Assembly: GCA_040218735.1 (NCBI GenBank)
Contig: JAVJQW010000042.1
Location: 1 to 64,000, forward strand
Source of the DNA: Deltaproteobacteria bacterium
Lineage (GTDB): Bacteria; Myxococcota; Kuafuiibacteriia; Kuafuiibacteriales; Kuafuiibacteriaceae
Direction: 5' to 3'
Length of the DNA stretch: 64,000 nucleotides
Notes under the pieces: generated by a model
Told to the model about the DNA's origin: nothing
The model's input: the letters and a program-made list of their open reading frames with translations, nothing else
Database searches by the model: none
Shown: positions 48,284-57,587 of the stretch, piece by piece
Layout of the letters: each line of letters begins with the position of its first letter
Position numbering within the stretch: position 1 is the stretch's first letter
Program-made: the position numbers and the translations under genes

Positions 48284-49258
48284 TTACAGCGAGGGCGCGG
48301 CGTCGAGCGCCCGGTCGATTCGGTCGCGGATGCGTTCGAGCTCCGCGGTGAGCTCGGGTGGGCTCTCGACCTGGAAGTCCACGCCGAACCCCGAGATCCA
48401 CCACGCCATGCGCGCGAGGTCGTGCCCCTCCAGCTCGAGGCGGCAGCGTTCGGCGTCGATGCGTTCCAGTCGGGCGGACGTCGACGAGAACAGCGTCAGC
48501 ATCTGCTCGTATGGGGCCTCGAGTCGCACGGAGGCGTGGTGCAGGCATGCGCCGTAGGCACCCGAGTGGGTGACGTACGCGCGTAGGTCGTCCGCCGGCT
48601 TCGGGCGCGCCACGAAACGTTCGCCGTCCTTCACGTCCTCCATGCGGTCCACGCGGAACGTTCGCCAGTCGTCGCGATGACGGTCGAACGCGACGAGGTA
48701 CCAGCGTCGCCCCGAGTGAACGAGCCCGGCCGGCTCAGCAGTGCGCTCGGTCGTGCGGTCCGGTGCGCGGTAGACGAAGTGCAACACGAGTTGCTCGTCG
48801 CAAGCGGCCGCGAGTGAAGCGAGCCGCGCGGAGCTCACGCGGGGTTGGGTTCCGTCGACTGTGACGATCGCTTCGCGCAACGCGTTCGCGCGTCGCCGGA
48901 GTCGCTCCGGGAGGACACGTTCGAGTTTTACGAGCGCGCGGAGCGCGGCCTCCTCGATCCCCGCGCCCACGCCGGCGGTCGCCGTTCGAAGCGCGAGCGA
49001 CACCGCGAGCGCTTCGTCGTCGGCCAACGACAGAGGCGGCAAATCCGCACCCGCGCCGAGCCGGTAGCCGCCCGCGACGCCGGCGGCGCCCTCCACCGGG
49101 TACCCGAGCTCACGCAGGCGATCGATGTCGCGCCGTAGCGTTCGCGGCGTGACGCCGAGCCGCTCCGCGAGCTCCGTACCGGGCCACACGCGGCGTACCT
49201 GCAGGAGGCTCAGCAGACGCAGGAGTCGTGCAGGCGCGTTCGACACGGACGGGAGCAT
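48284..49258 (-). CDS. YafY-family HTH-WYL-WCX transcriptional regulator
   Basis: RLLRLLSLLQ..ELAERLGVTPRTLRRDI..GGYRL; RRWYLVAFD..RDDWRTFRVDR. Confidence 0.93.
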   Translation of the reverse strand: MLPSVSNAPARLLRLLSLLQVRRVWPGTELAERLGVTPRTLRRDIDRLRELGYPVEGAAGVAGGYRLGAGADLPPLSLADDEALAVSLALRTATAGVGAGIEEAALRALVKLERVLPERLRRRANALREAIVTVDGTQPRVSSARLASLAAACDEQLVLHFVYRAPDRTTERTAEPAGLVHSGRRWYLVAFDRHRDDWRTFRVDRMEDVKDGERFVARPKPADDLRAYVTHSGAYGACLHHASVRLEAPYEQMLTLFSSTSARLERIDAERCRLELEGHDLARMAWWISGFGVDFQVESPPELTAELERIRDRIDRALDAAPSL

Positions 49259-49271
49259 ACCCAGACTCTGC

Positions 49272-49317
49272 GGACACGACCTGTCCTCGATTCGATCTTC
49301 GAGGACAGTTCCTGTCC
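49272..49317. promoter_or_regulatory. Twin GGACA-N5-TGTCC palindromes, putative WYL-regulator operators
   Basis: 49272-49286 and 49303-49317, between the divergent WYL and GFA genes. Confidence 0.7.
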
Positions 49318-49340
49318 CCGGGCCCCGCTACAACGGGCGC

Positions 49341-49739
49341 ATGAAGAAGACCTACCGAGGCTCATGTCACTGCAAACGCGTCGCCTTCGAGGCGGACATC
49401 GACCTGGCCCAGGGCACCAGCAAGTGCAACTGCACGTTCTGCTGGAAGAACCGCAACTGGGGTGCCCAACTCATGCCCGAGGACTTCCGGCTCGAGAAGG
49501 GCGTCGACGATCTGAGCGGCGGCGACCGCGGAGGATTTTGTAAGTCCTGCGGCGTTCGCTGCTTCGGCGTCTACAGCACCGACGGCTGGGGCGAAGGGTT
49601 CGGCGGAGATCGCGTCTCCGTCTCCGTCTCCGTGCTGGATGACCTACCGGTCGAGGCGCTGGTGGAGGCACCGGTGCGGCACCTCGACGGCCTCCACGAC
49701 GACTGGTTCACCATCCCCAAGGAGACGCGCCACTTGTAG
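49341..49739 (+). CDS. GFA/CENP-V family protein
   Basis: YRGSCHC, CNCTFC, FCKSCG zinc ligands. Confidence 0.9.
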   Translation: MKKTYRGSCHCKRVAFEADIDLAQGTSKCNCTFCWKNRNWGAQLMPEDFRLEKGVDDLSGGDRGGFCKSCGVRCFGVYSTDGWGEGFGGDRVSVSVSVLDDLPVEALVEAPVRHLDGLHDDWFTIPKETRHL

Positions 49740-49741
49740 CG

Positions 49742-50749
49742 CTAGTCGAGCGTGTCGAGGAAGTCGACGACGGCGCGGTTGTACTCACGCGGGCAATCCA
49801 TCTGCACGGTGTGACCGCAGCCGCCCAGCTCGACGAGCTTCGAGCCTTTGATGCGGTCGTGGCCGTACTTCATGATCTCCTTCGTCGGCGCACCGTGCAT
49901 GAATGGGTTCGGGATCAGGCGGTCCTGATTGCCGAAGATGATGACGGTCGGGACGCGCACGAGCGGGAGGTTCTCGCGGACGAAGTTGTTGTCCGCGAGC
50001 CCCTGCACCGAGCGGACGTTTGCGTACGCATAGGCGTCGAAGTCCGGCGTACCCACCACGCGAACGCGTTCCTCCACGAGCCACTCCAGCTCCGGACGCC
50101 AGCGGAAGAAGTTGTTGTGCTGGATCGATCCCCAGATGGCTTCTTCACTCGTGCCCTTGATGAAGGTCGTCGACATGACCTTCCGGAACCAGCGCTTCTC
50201 ACGCTTCGAGAACTTCTCGAGCCCGGCGGGTGACGTCAGGATCAACGCCTTGGGAATCTCCGGGTATTGAATGGCGAGCGCGAGCGCCGTCTGGCCGCCC
50301 ATCGAGTGCCCGACGATCACCGGTGACTCGATCTGGAGCCGCTCGGCGAGCTCCTTCACGACCTCGGCCATCGCGGGCATCGTGTACGGGAACGTCGCCG
50401 GCTTGTCCGACTTCCCGAAACCCACCATGTCGAGCGCGACGACGCGGTAGCCGCTCGCCGCCATCGTATCGAGCTGGTACCGCCAGAACTTCAGGTACGA
50501 GCCGAGCCCGTGGACGAAGATGAGCGTTCGTTCCCCCTCGGGGTTGAGCTCCACGTACGCGACCTCGGGCGCGGCGCGGAGCCCGTAGCGCTCGGCGACA
50601 CCCGGGAGCGCGAGCCGCTCCACCGGCCATGGGTTCCCGTCCACCGACGAATAGGTGAACTCGGCGAACGGGAGCCGCTCCTTGTTGGCGTAGGAGCTCA
50701 CGCAGCCGGTGAGCAGGCAAAGAGAAACGAAGATGGGATACGACCGCAT
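49742..50749 (-). CDS. Alpha/beta hydrolase lipoprotein
   Basis: Lipobox LTGC, HGLG, GFGKSDKP, GHSMGG, GNQD, GH. Confidence 0.9.
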   Translation of the reverse strand: MRSYPIFVSLCLLTGCVSSYANKERLPFAEFTYSSVDGNPWPVERLALPGVAERYGLRAAPEVAYVELNPEGERTLIFVHGLGSYLKFWRYQLDTMAASGYRVVALDMVGFGKSDKPATFPYTMPAMAEVVKELAERLQIESPVIVGHSMGGQTALALAIQYPEIPKALILTSPAGLEKFSKREKRWFRKVMSTTFIKGTSEEAIWGSIQHNNFFRWRPELEWLVEERVRVVGTPDFDAYAYANVRSVQGLADNNFVRENLPLVRVPTVIIFGNQDRLIPNPFMHGAPTKEIMKYGHDRIKGSKLVELGGCGHTVQMDCPREYNRAVVDFLDTLD

Positions 50750-50759
50750 GACATGAACC

Positions 50760-52388
50760 TCAGAACGCGTACCAGGTGAACGTCGTGAAGGCCGCCCAGG
50801 GATCACTGAGCACCTGAACGTTGCCGTCGAAGAAGTTACCCACCGCGAGGTAACCCACGTGCAGGCCGACCGTCATGAGATAGCGAATGTGCCAGTTGAG
50901 CTCCGCGTTGACCTCGAGGCCCACCGTCCGCCCGCGCTCCACGCCGTCGGAGGTCGCCGGGGGCTTCACCATGCTCTGTGCGTAGGCGACGCCGCCCTTG
51001 ATGTTGAGTTTGTACGGGATGAGGTCGTAACTCATGGTCGCGATGGCGCTCATGAGTCCGAACCCCTGGTTCGAGATATCGGTGACCGCTCCGGTGTAGT
51101 TGCTCACCGTTTGTGTGAAGGGGAAGAGGAGCAGCGTCTTGTGGTTGAACCAGACCGCACCCGGGAGGCCGTAGTTGTTGAGGGTGAAGGCGCCCGTGTA
51201 TTTGTCGTCGCCGGGTGTCGAGTCACCGCTCGTGAGCATGGTCTCGAACGTGATCTTGTCGTTGGTGGTCTTGCCCCAGTTGTACATCAGCTCGAGGTTG
51301 GCCGACATGCCGAGGATATCGATCGATTGGTTGAGCGCCGTGTCTTCACGCTGACTCGTGAACCCACCCGCGTTCAGCATCGCGAAGCCGGAGGCGCCGA
51401 ACGGGCCGGTCCTGAAGTTGATGTTGTGGTGGAAGTGCGCGCCCAGATACTCCACGTTGCCCGACGCCGCCTCGATGCTCTGACGCGCGACGCCCGTGTA
51501 CGGGAAGAGCCCGGTCGAGCCAGGGCCGCTCTTGACGAGGCCCTCGAACGCGAAGGCCGAGCCCTGCGTGTCGTCCTGCAGGTGCCAGTAGGAGACGCCA
51601 ATCACCGTGCCGGGCTGGATCTGATACGCGTAGTCGGCGGTCGCCATCCACGCGAAGGCCAGCGATGGGTCGTCCTCGGTCGCCTTGTTGGGTTGCCCGG
51701 CCCCAATCGGGATGAAGCTCGCCTTCCACAGACCGCCGATGCGTGAGTACGCGGAGATGCCGGTCGCGTCCGTCCCGAAGAACGTGAGTTTGTAGCCGGT
51801 GCGGACGATGTCGAAGAGCGACGTGATGGCGGGGTCGTAGATCGTGTCGTAGATCGATTGCGTTCCGACCGTGATCGCCAGCTTGTACGGGTTGCGGGTC
51901 GGGTAGATGGAGACGTTGACGTTCTTCGTCTGGATGTTGACCTGGTCGGCGTTGAAACCACCGCCCTGGTTGTTCTGAATCTGGTTCGCAGCCTGGCCCC
52001 AGAGGTAGTCCACCTCGAACTGCGCGCGGAATGTCGCCAACCCATCCGCGAAGTCCGGGCTGTACGCGAGCACCGGAATCCATCGCTGCTCGATGTAGAC
52101 CGCCTCGGTCCCGGGACCGACACGGGTCTCACTCCCGGCGGCCTGCCCGAACGGACCCAGCGACACGCCGCGAAGACCAGCGGGATCCGCGAGCTGATTG
52201 GTCGCGGTGCCCCGCGTGAAGAAATAGTTGATGAGCGTGAACTCGGAGGGGTTCGGGTCCTCGCTCCGGTCGTTGCGCTCCTGCCAGTCCAGGTAGAGGA
52301 GGCCCGGTCCTGTGGGCGGGATGGCGTACGCAGCGCGCACGTCGAGCAGCGCCGCCGCCACGGCGAGCGTGATGATTCGAGCTTTCAT
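50760..52388 (-). CDS. Putative outer-membrane beta-barrel (porin-like) protein
   Basis: Signal peptide (AAYA), amphipathic beta pattern, aromatic C-terminus TFTWYAF. Confidence 0.7.
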   Translation of the reverse strand: MKARIITLAVAAALLDVRAAYAIPPTGPGLLYLDWQERNDRSEDPNPSEFTLINYFFTRGTATNQLADPAGLRGVSLGPFGQAAGSETRVGPGTEAVYIEQRWIPVLAYSPDFADGLATFRAQFEVDYLWGQAANQIQNNQGGGFNADQVNIQTKNVNVSIYPTRNPYKLAITVGTQSIYDTIYDPAITSLFDIVRTGYKLTFFGTDATGISAYSRIGGLWKASFIPIGAGQPNKATEDDPSLAFAWMATADYAYQIQPGTVIGVSYWHLQDDTQGSAFAFEGLVKSGPGSTGLFPYTGVARQSIEAASGNVEYLGAHFHHNINFRTGPFGASGFAMLNAGGFTSQREDTALNQSIDILGMSANLELMYNWGKTTNDKITFETMLTSGDSTPGDDKYTGAFTLNNYGLPGAVWFNHKTLLLFPFTQTVSNYTGAVTDISNQGFGLMSAIATMSYDLIPYKLNIKGGVAYAQSMVKPPATSDGVERGRTVGLEVNAELNWHIRYLMTVGLHVGYLAVGNFFDGNVQVLSDPWAAFTTFTWYAF

Positions 52389-52407
52389 GGTGATTCTCTC
52401 GGGAGCG

Positions 52408-54987
52408 CTACTGGATCGAGTAGACCTGCAAGGCGTTACCCATGAATGGGTTTTGGCTCAGGGTCACGGTGGTATCGCCCACGTCGCCGTCCGCGCAGCG
52501 GTGACCCACGGCCTGATCCTTGAAGAAGAGCTCCAAGGTCATCTCGGAGCCGTCTTCGGCGATCGTTCCGCGACCCTCCTGGGCGAACCCGGGGTAGGTC
52601 ACGGTGAAGTCGAAGCACTCACCGTTCCCGCGGACGTTGTTGATGATAAACGCGGTCGAGACGAACGTGAGCTCACTCGACAGCCGCGTGTGGTCACAGC
52701 TCCCGGCGTCGCCGACTTCGTCCGCGTTCATCAACGTGCCGAGCTGACTCACGACGGTGACGCGCCCCGCGGACGGGGTCATCATCACACTCTGATAACA
52801 CTGCGTGGCCTGCCCGAAGTTGATGTTTTCGTCGTAACCGTTCGGGTGCGACGGAATCTGCATTCCGGTCATCGTGAGCGTCTTGCCGTCGAGGTACGCG
52901 TTGAGCTTCGAACCGGTGCTGTACGCACCCGTCGAGGTCTGGCCGCTACCGTAGAGGTCCTCGCCGCTGCACGCCGCGAGGAGGCACGCCGCGACGAGCG
53001 CCATCCACCGACGCCGGCGGAGCAGCGCGCCTGCGCAGATGAGTACGAGCCACGTCGCGGACTCGGCGCCCCCGGGCATCGAAGTGCAGCCCCAGCGCTT
53101 CTTCCCGAGCAGCACCGGCTCGCTCGGCTCCGGCTCTTCCATGTGCTGGATGGTCACGCCGATGGTCACGTTGCCGAGGTTGCCGGCGGCGTCGAACGCA
53201 CGCGCCGTCATCATGTGCGAGCCCTCCGCGTAGGTGTTGAGGTCGACGAGGAACTCATAGGGCGCGTTGTAATCCGTCGCGACGAGGTCGTCGTCCAGGA
53301 ACAGCAGCACGGAGTTCATCGCCACGTCGTCGGTAGCGTTGGCTACGATCGTGTAGACGCCGCCGATCGTCGCGCCGTCTGCCGGGTCGGTGATGGAGAC
53401 GGTGGGCGGCGTGGTGTCACCGGCCGAGCCCGCGACGACGGTAACCGTCACCGAGGACTCGCCGGTGTTGCCCGCGGCGTCGGTCGCCCGGGCGAGAATG
53501 GTGTGGGCGCCTTCGGCGACCGAGCCCGCGTTCCACTGCACCTCGTACGGCGCGGTCATCGCCGTGCCGGCGGGCGCACCGTCGACCTCGTAGTCGACGC
53601 GCGCGACGCCGAAGTCATCGGTGGCGTTCGCGGTGAGTGAGACCATCCCGCTGACTTCGGCGTTGTTCGTCGGAGTCAGGAGCGTGATCGTCGGTGCGGT
53701 CGTGTCGTTGACGCCGCCGGTGACGGTCACGGTGGTGTCGGCGTCGGAGGCGTTGTTACCCGCGGCGTCGTAGGCGACGGCTTCGATCGTGTACGCGCCG
53801 TTCGCGAGACCGACGAGGCTCCACGAGTACATGTACGGAGCGCTGTTGAGCGTGGTCTCGAGGTTGCCGTTGATCAGGATTTCGACGCGCGTCACGCCGG
53901 TGTCGTCCGTCGCTTCGACGGTGATCGTCGCCACCGAGGAGACCATCGCGCCGTTCGCCGGCGCCGTGACGTTCACCGTCGGTGGCGTGCGGTCCCCCAT
54001 CATCATCCCGCCGCCGTCGAGGCCGAACGACTCGGCGATGCGACGCGCTGAGCAGATGCCCGCGTCGAGGAAGAACGCGCCCGCCTGACCGCAACCCTCC
54101 GCCGGGACGACCGGTGTGCCGTGACCCATGCCGGGGATCTCGAAGTACTCGACGACCTCCTGGCCGTTCGCGATGTGGACCTCGTGGGTTGCGCCGTCGA
54201 CGGTCTCCGTCATGTCCGGCGTCGCATCGATCCCGTGGACGTTCGTCCACTGCTCGACGGTCTCTTCGGCGGTGCGCGGTCGCACCGTGCTGTCGCTCGT
54301 TCCGTGCCAGACGCTGACCTTCGGCCACGGCCCCGTGTACCCGGTGAAGCCGGCGCGGGCCCGGTCGCCCCACTCCGAGGCGGTGCGGTCGATGCCGGGG
54401 TTCAGGCAGGTCGAGACCTCGGTGAACGTCGTCGTGCAGTTGTACGGGATGCCGGCGATCGACGCGCCACCCGCGAAGACGTCGGGATAGACCGCGAGCA
54501 TCAGGTTCACCTGGGCGGCGCCGCCCGAGTGACCCGAGAGGTAGATGCGCGCGGGATCGATCGAGTAGCTCGCGAGCATGGTGTCGACCATCTGCTTGAT
54601 GGAGAGGTTCTCACCTTCGCCGCGCATCAGATTGGTGGGGTCGCCGTACTCACCAGCCCAATTGAAGCAGCGCAGCGCGTTGTTGCCGGTCTGCTGCTCA
54701 GGATAGAGGACGTAAAAGCCCAGCTCGTCCGCGAGCTCTTCCCAACCGGCCTTGCGGTACTCACTCGCCGTCTGCGAGCACGCGTGCAGCGCGAGCATCA
54801 ACGGCGCGTTGTTCGGAGCGTTCGGCGGGACGTACTCGAACGCCTTGAGGCCGCCGGGGTTCGAGCCGAAACCCGTGAGCTCCGAGTAGGTGCCGGCGCC
54901 GAGGCCGGTGACCGCGGTGTCGAAAGAATATTCGGCGCCGCAGGCGGTCGTGAGAGAGAAAATGAGTACGAGGCTCTTGGTTTTCAT
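52408..54987 (-). CDS. PHB-depolymerase-family (LpqC-type) esterase + 3 Ig-like domains + MYXO-CTERM-like signal, read in frame into a second lipoprotein
   Basis: FGSNPG, ALHACSQ, YPEQ, CFNW, GHSGG nucleophile, WHGTSD, GMGH; DRTPPTV/DTTAPTI/DTTPPTV; WGC..hydrophobic..RRRR, then W-MALVAACLLAAC. Confidence 0.85.
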   Translation of the reverse strand: MKTKSLVLIFSLTTACGAEYSFDTAVTGLGAGTYSELTGFGSNPGGLKAFEYVPPNAPNNAPLMLALHACSQTASEYRKAGWEELADELGFYVLYPEQQTGNNALRCFNWAGEYGDPTNLMRGEGENLSIKQMVDTMLASYSIDPARIYLSGHSGGAAQVNLMLAVYPDVFAGGASIAGIPYNCTTTFTEVSTCLNPGIDRTASEWGDRARAGFTGYTGPWPKVSVWHGTSDSTVRPRTAEETVEQWTNVHGIDATPDMTETVDGATHEVHIANGQEVVEYFEIPGMGHGTPVVPAEGCGQAGAFFLDAGICSARRIAESFGLDGGGMMMGDRTPPTVNVTAPANGAMVSSVATITVEATDDTGVTRVEILINGNLETTLNSAPYMYSWSLVGLANGAYTIEAVAYDAAGNNASDADTTVTVTGGVNDTTAPTITLLTPTNNAEVSGMVSLTANATDDFGVARVDYEVDGAPAGTAMTAPYEVQWNAGSVAEGAHTILARATDAAGNTGESSVTVTVVAGSAGDTTPPTVSITDPADGATIGGVYTIVANATDDVAMNSVLLFLDDDLVATDYNAPYEFLVDLNTYAEGSHMMTARAFDAAGNLGNVTIGVTIQHMEEPEPSEPVLLGKKRWGCTSMPGGAESATWLVLICAGALLRRRRWMALVAACLLAACSGEDLYGSGQTSTGAYSTGSKLNAYLDGKTLTMTGMQIPSHPNGYDENINFGQATQCYQSVMMTPSAGRVTVVSQLGTLMNADEVGDAGSCDHTRLSSELTFVSTAFIINNVRGNGECFDFTVTYPGFAQEGRGTIAEDGSEMTLELFFKDQAVGHRCADGDVGDTTVTLSQNPFMGNALQVYSIQ

Positions 54988-56471
54988 CGGGAGGCTCCCA
55001 TCTGAGCTTCATGCACGGGCGCAGTCTTGGTCTTGCGCACCAGGCTGAGTACGCCGAGCGTGAGTAGCGCGGCGAAGATGCCGAACGTCGCCGAGAAGGC
55101 GGGGTTCAGCACGCCGCCGTCGACCCACACCACCGAGCCGTACACGGCGACGTGTACGAGCGGTGCGACGATCGACGCAGCGAAGACGTCGTTGGCGGCG
55201 GGCTTCGCGAGGATGCCGCAGGCGATCGGGACGAGCGACGCCGCGACCAGGCCGTAGATGCCGACCTGCGCGAAGATGCCGACGAGCTTCGGCGGGTCGA
55301 GCGCGAGCACGAAGCTCACGACGCCGAGGCCCACGAGGATGTAGCGGCTCGCCTTGAGCGCCATCTGCTGGCGCTGTTCTTCGGGGAGCTTCTTGCCGAC
55401 GAGGCCGAGGAAGACGTCGTTGGCGGCGATGGTCGAGGCGGAGACCAGGATGCCATCCAGCGTGCTCATCCCGGCCGCGAGGAGCGCGACGCTGATCAAC
55501 ACACCGACGATCGGCGAGAACGCGCGCGCCAGGTACGCGGGCATCACCGCGTCCTGCGCGGCGAGGTCGGGGTAGGCGACGCGAGCGTAGAGGCCGGCGA
55601 GGAGGACGGCCGTGTAGATGATGCACACGACGGAGCCGACGAGGAGGTAGCGCGGAACGTCGGAGTCCTTACCGAGGTAGAGCGACTTGGTGAGGATGTG
55701 CGGTTGCGCGACGAGCGCGACGCCGACGACGAAGCCCGCGATGTACACGGTGAACACGTCGCCGAAGAGCGGGCTCTTCGGGTTCACGAACGCGACGAGG
55801 TTCGGGTCGATGGCGTCGACGCGCGCCATGAACGGTCCGATGCCGTCCGCGAACAGGTGCAGGCCGGAGGCGACGATCGCGAGCGCGACGATGACCATCA
55901 GGCCGCCCTGAAACGCGTTCGTGAAGACGTGCGCGTAGGTGCCGCCCATCAGGATGTACGAGAAGACGAACCCGACGATGATGACGAGCGACGCGATGTA
56001 CCCGATGTGCAGCGTGTGCTGCATGACGAGCGCCGAGCCTTTGACGATGAGCACCACGAACGTGACCGCGGCGATGAGGTTAAGGACCGCGAAGTAGGTG
56101 CGCATCGGCCGGTGGCCGTAGCGCGCGCCGATCCAGTGGGGCAGAGTCAGCGCTCCGTCGGCCATCCCCTGTTTCCGGAACCCCTTGCTCAGCACGAGGA
56201 GGCCGAAGAGGACCCCCGAGAACGACGCGACGCCGAGGTGCATCAGCGCGGACAACCCGTGCGCGTAGACGAAGCCGGGGTTGATGACGAACGTCGCCGT
56301 GCTGGCGATGGCGGCCGCGAGCGTGATGCCCGTGACGACCGGTCCGAGGTCGCCGTTGCCCAGCGCGAAGCCGGACAGCGTGGTGGTCTTCTTCATCCCG
56401 CGCAGGGCCAACCCCGCAGTGACGAGCGCGTAGGCGCCGAATGCGATCCAAGCGACGAGCTCCGGTGTCAT
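54984..56471 (-). CDS. Sodium:solute symporter family transporter
   Basis: About 13 TM, TLPHWIGARY, YILMGG, QPH, AAGMSTLDGIL; ATGA overlap with the esterase gene. Confidence 0.9.
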   Translation of the reverse strand: MTPELVAWIAFGAYALVTAGLALRGMKKTTTLSGFALGNGDLGPVVTGITLAAAIASTATFVINPGFVYAHGLSALMHLGVASFSGVLFGLLVLSKGFRKQGMADGALTLPHWIGARYGHRPMRTYFAVLNLIAAVTFVVLIVKGSALVMQHTLHIGYIASLVIIVGFVFSYILMGGTYAHVFTNAFQGGLMVIVALAIVASGLHLFADGIGPFMARVDAIDPNLVAFVNPKSPLFGDVFTVYIAGFVVGVALVAQPHILTKSLYLGKDSDVPRYLLVGSVVCIIYTAVLLAGLYARVAYPDLAAQDAVMPAYLARAFSPIVGVLISVALLAAGMSTLDGILVSASTIAANDVFLGLVGKKLPEEQRQQMALKASRYILVGLGVVSFVLALDPPKLVGIFAQVGIYGLVAASLVPIACGILAKPAANDVFAASIVAPLVHVAVYGSVVWVDGGVLNPAFSATFGIFAALLTLGVLSLVRKTKTAPVHEAQMGASR

Positions 56472-56519
56472 GGTGATCCCCTCCTGGCTTCGGGGGAGGA
56501 AGCGGTCCCGCCGAAGCGC

Positions 56520-56556
56520 ATGCTGCATAGCAACATTTGTTTTTGCATAGCAACAT
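56520..56556. promoter_or_regulatory. Tandem PhaR-like boxes upstream of the symporter-esterase operon
   Basis: TGCATAGCAACAT direct repeat at 56524 and 56544 (20 bp apart); each is a YTGC-N3-GCAA palindrome in AT-rich DNA. Confidence 0.6.
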
Positions 56557-56613
56557 CGGATGTTCGACCGGGGTGTTTTCGCAGCGGCGTGATACCTGTG
56601 TCGGGTGCAGCGG

Positions 56614-57582
56614 ATGCTCGAGCTGACCTCGGCGCCGACGCTGGCGGTCGAGGCGGACGCGTCGTCCGCGCCCCAGCCGTTCCAGTATCAGGGCTCGAAA
56701 CGGGCGCTCGGCGACACGATTCGGCGGGCCCTCCCCGAGGCCCATCGGCTGGTGGAGCCGTTCGCCGGCTCCTCGGCGGTGACCCTGGCGGTCGCGGCGG
56801 ACGGGGGGGCCGAGCGGTTCTGGCTGAACGACTTGAACGCGCCGCTGATTGCGCTGTGGGGGGCGATCGTCGAGGACCCCGACGCGCTGGTCGACGCCTA
56901 CGCCGCGTGGTGGCGACGGGGCCAGGACGAGGATCCGAAGGCGGTGTTCTTCGAGGCGCGCGACGCGTTCAACGCAGCGCCGCGGCCCGAGCTGATGCTC
57001 TATCTGCTCGCGCGCTGCGTGAAGGGGGCCGTTCGGTACAACCAGGCCGGTGCGTTCAACCAGTCGGCGGACAACCGGCGGCTGGGGACGCGGCCCGAGA
57101 CGCTGCGGACGCGGTTCGCCCAGATCGCGTCCGCGCTGCGCGGGCGGGTGGAGCTGACCTCGCTCGACTTCGAGGCGGTCCTCGACCGGTGCACGCGGCG
57201 CGACGTCGTGTACCTGGATCCGCCGTACGAGGGCGTCACGCGAGGGGCCTCGAAGCGCTACCTCGAAGGGATCGACCGCGACCGTTTGTTGGATCGGCTC
57301 GACGATCTCGTCCGGCGGCGGGTGCCGTTCGTGCTCTCCTTCGACGGGAGCTCCGGGGGCCGAACGTTCGGCAAACCCCTCCCGGCGCGGCTCGGGCTGG
57401 TCCGGATCGACGTCCGCGCGGGGCGCTCGAGCACCCAGACGCTCCACGGCCGGACGGCGGAGACGGTCGAGGCGCTCTACCTGTCGCCCGAGGCCGCGAA
57501 GAAGTCCCATTTGTGCGTTGCAGCATGCGAGAACGGTCCGGAAACCTCGCACCTCGACTCGGCCGGGGCCGATAAGGTCTGA
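56614..57582 (+). CDS. Orphan Dam-like (D12 class) N6-adenine DNA methyltransferase
   Basis: PFQYQGSK, EPFAGS, LNDLN, VRYN..G.FN, YLDPPY, FVLS. Confidence 0.9.
   Translation: MLELTSAPTLAVEADASSAPQPFQYQGSKRALGDTIRRALPEAHRLVEPFAGSSAVTLAVAADGGAERFWLNDLNAPLIALWGAIVEDPDALVDAYAAWWRRGQDEDPKAVFFEARDAFNAAPRPELMLYLLARCVKGAVRYNQAGAFNQSADNRRLGTRPETLRTRFAQIASALRGRVELTSLDFEAVLDRCTRRDVVYLDPPYEGVTRGASKRYLEGIDRDRLLDRLDDLVRRRVPFVLSFDGSSGGRTFGKPLPARLGLVRIDVRAGRSSTQTLHGRTAETVEALYLSPEAAKKSHLCVAACENGPETSHLDSAGADKV
57511..57575 (+). promoter_or_regulatory. PhaR-like box and sigma28-like promoter upstream of 57588
   Basis: TGTGC-GTT-GCAGCA (57512-57525); GCAC-N15-GCCGATAA (57549-57575), 12 nt before the ATG. Confidence 0.5.
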
Positions 57583-57587
57583 CAGGT

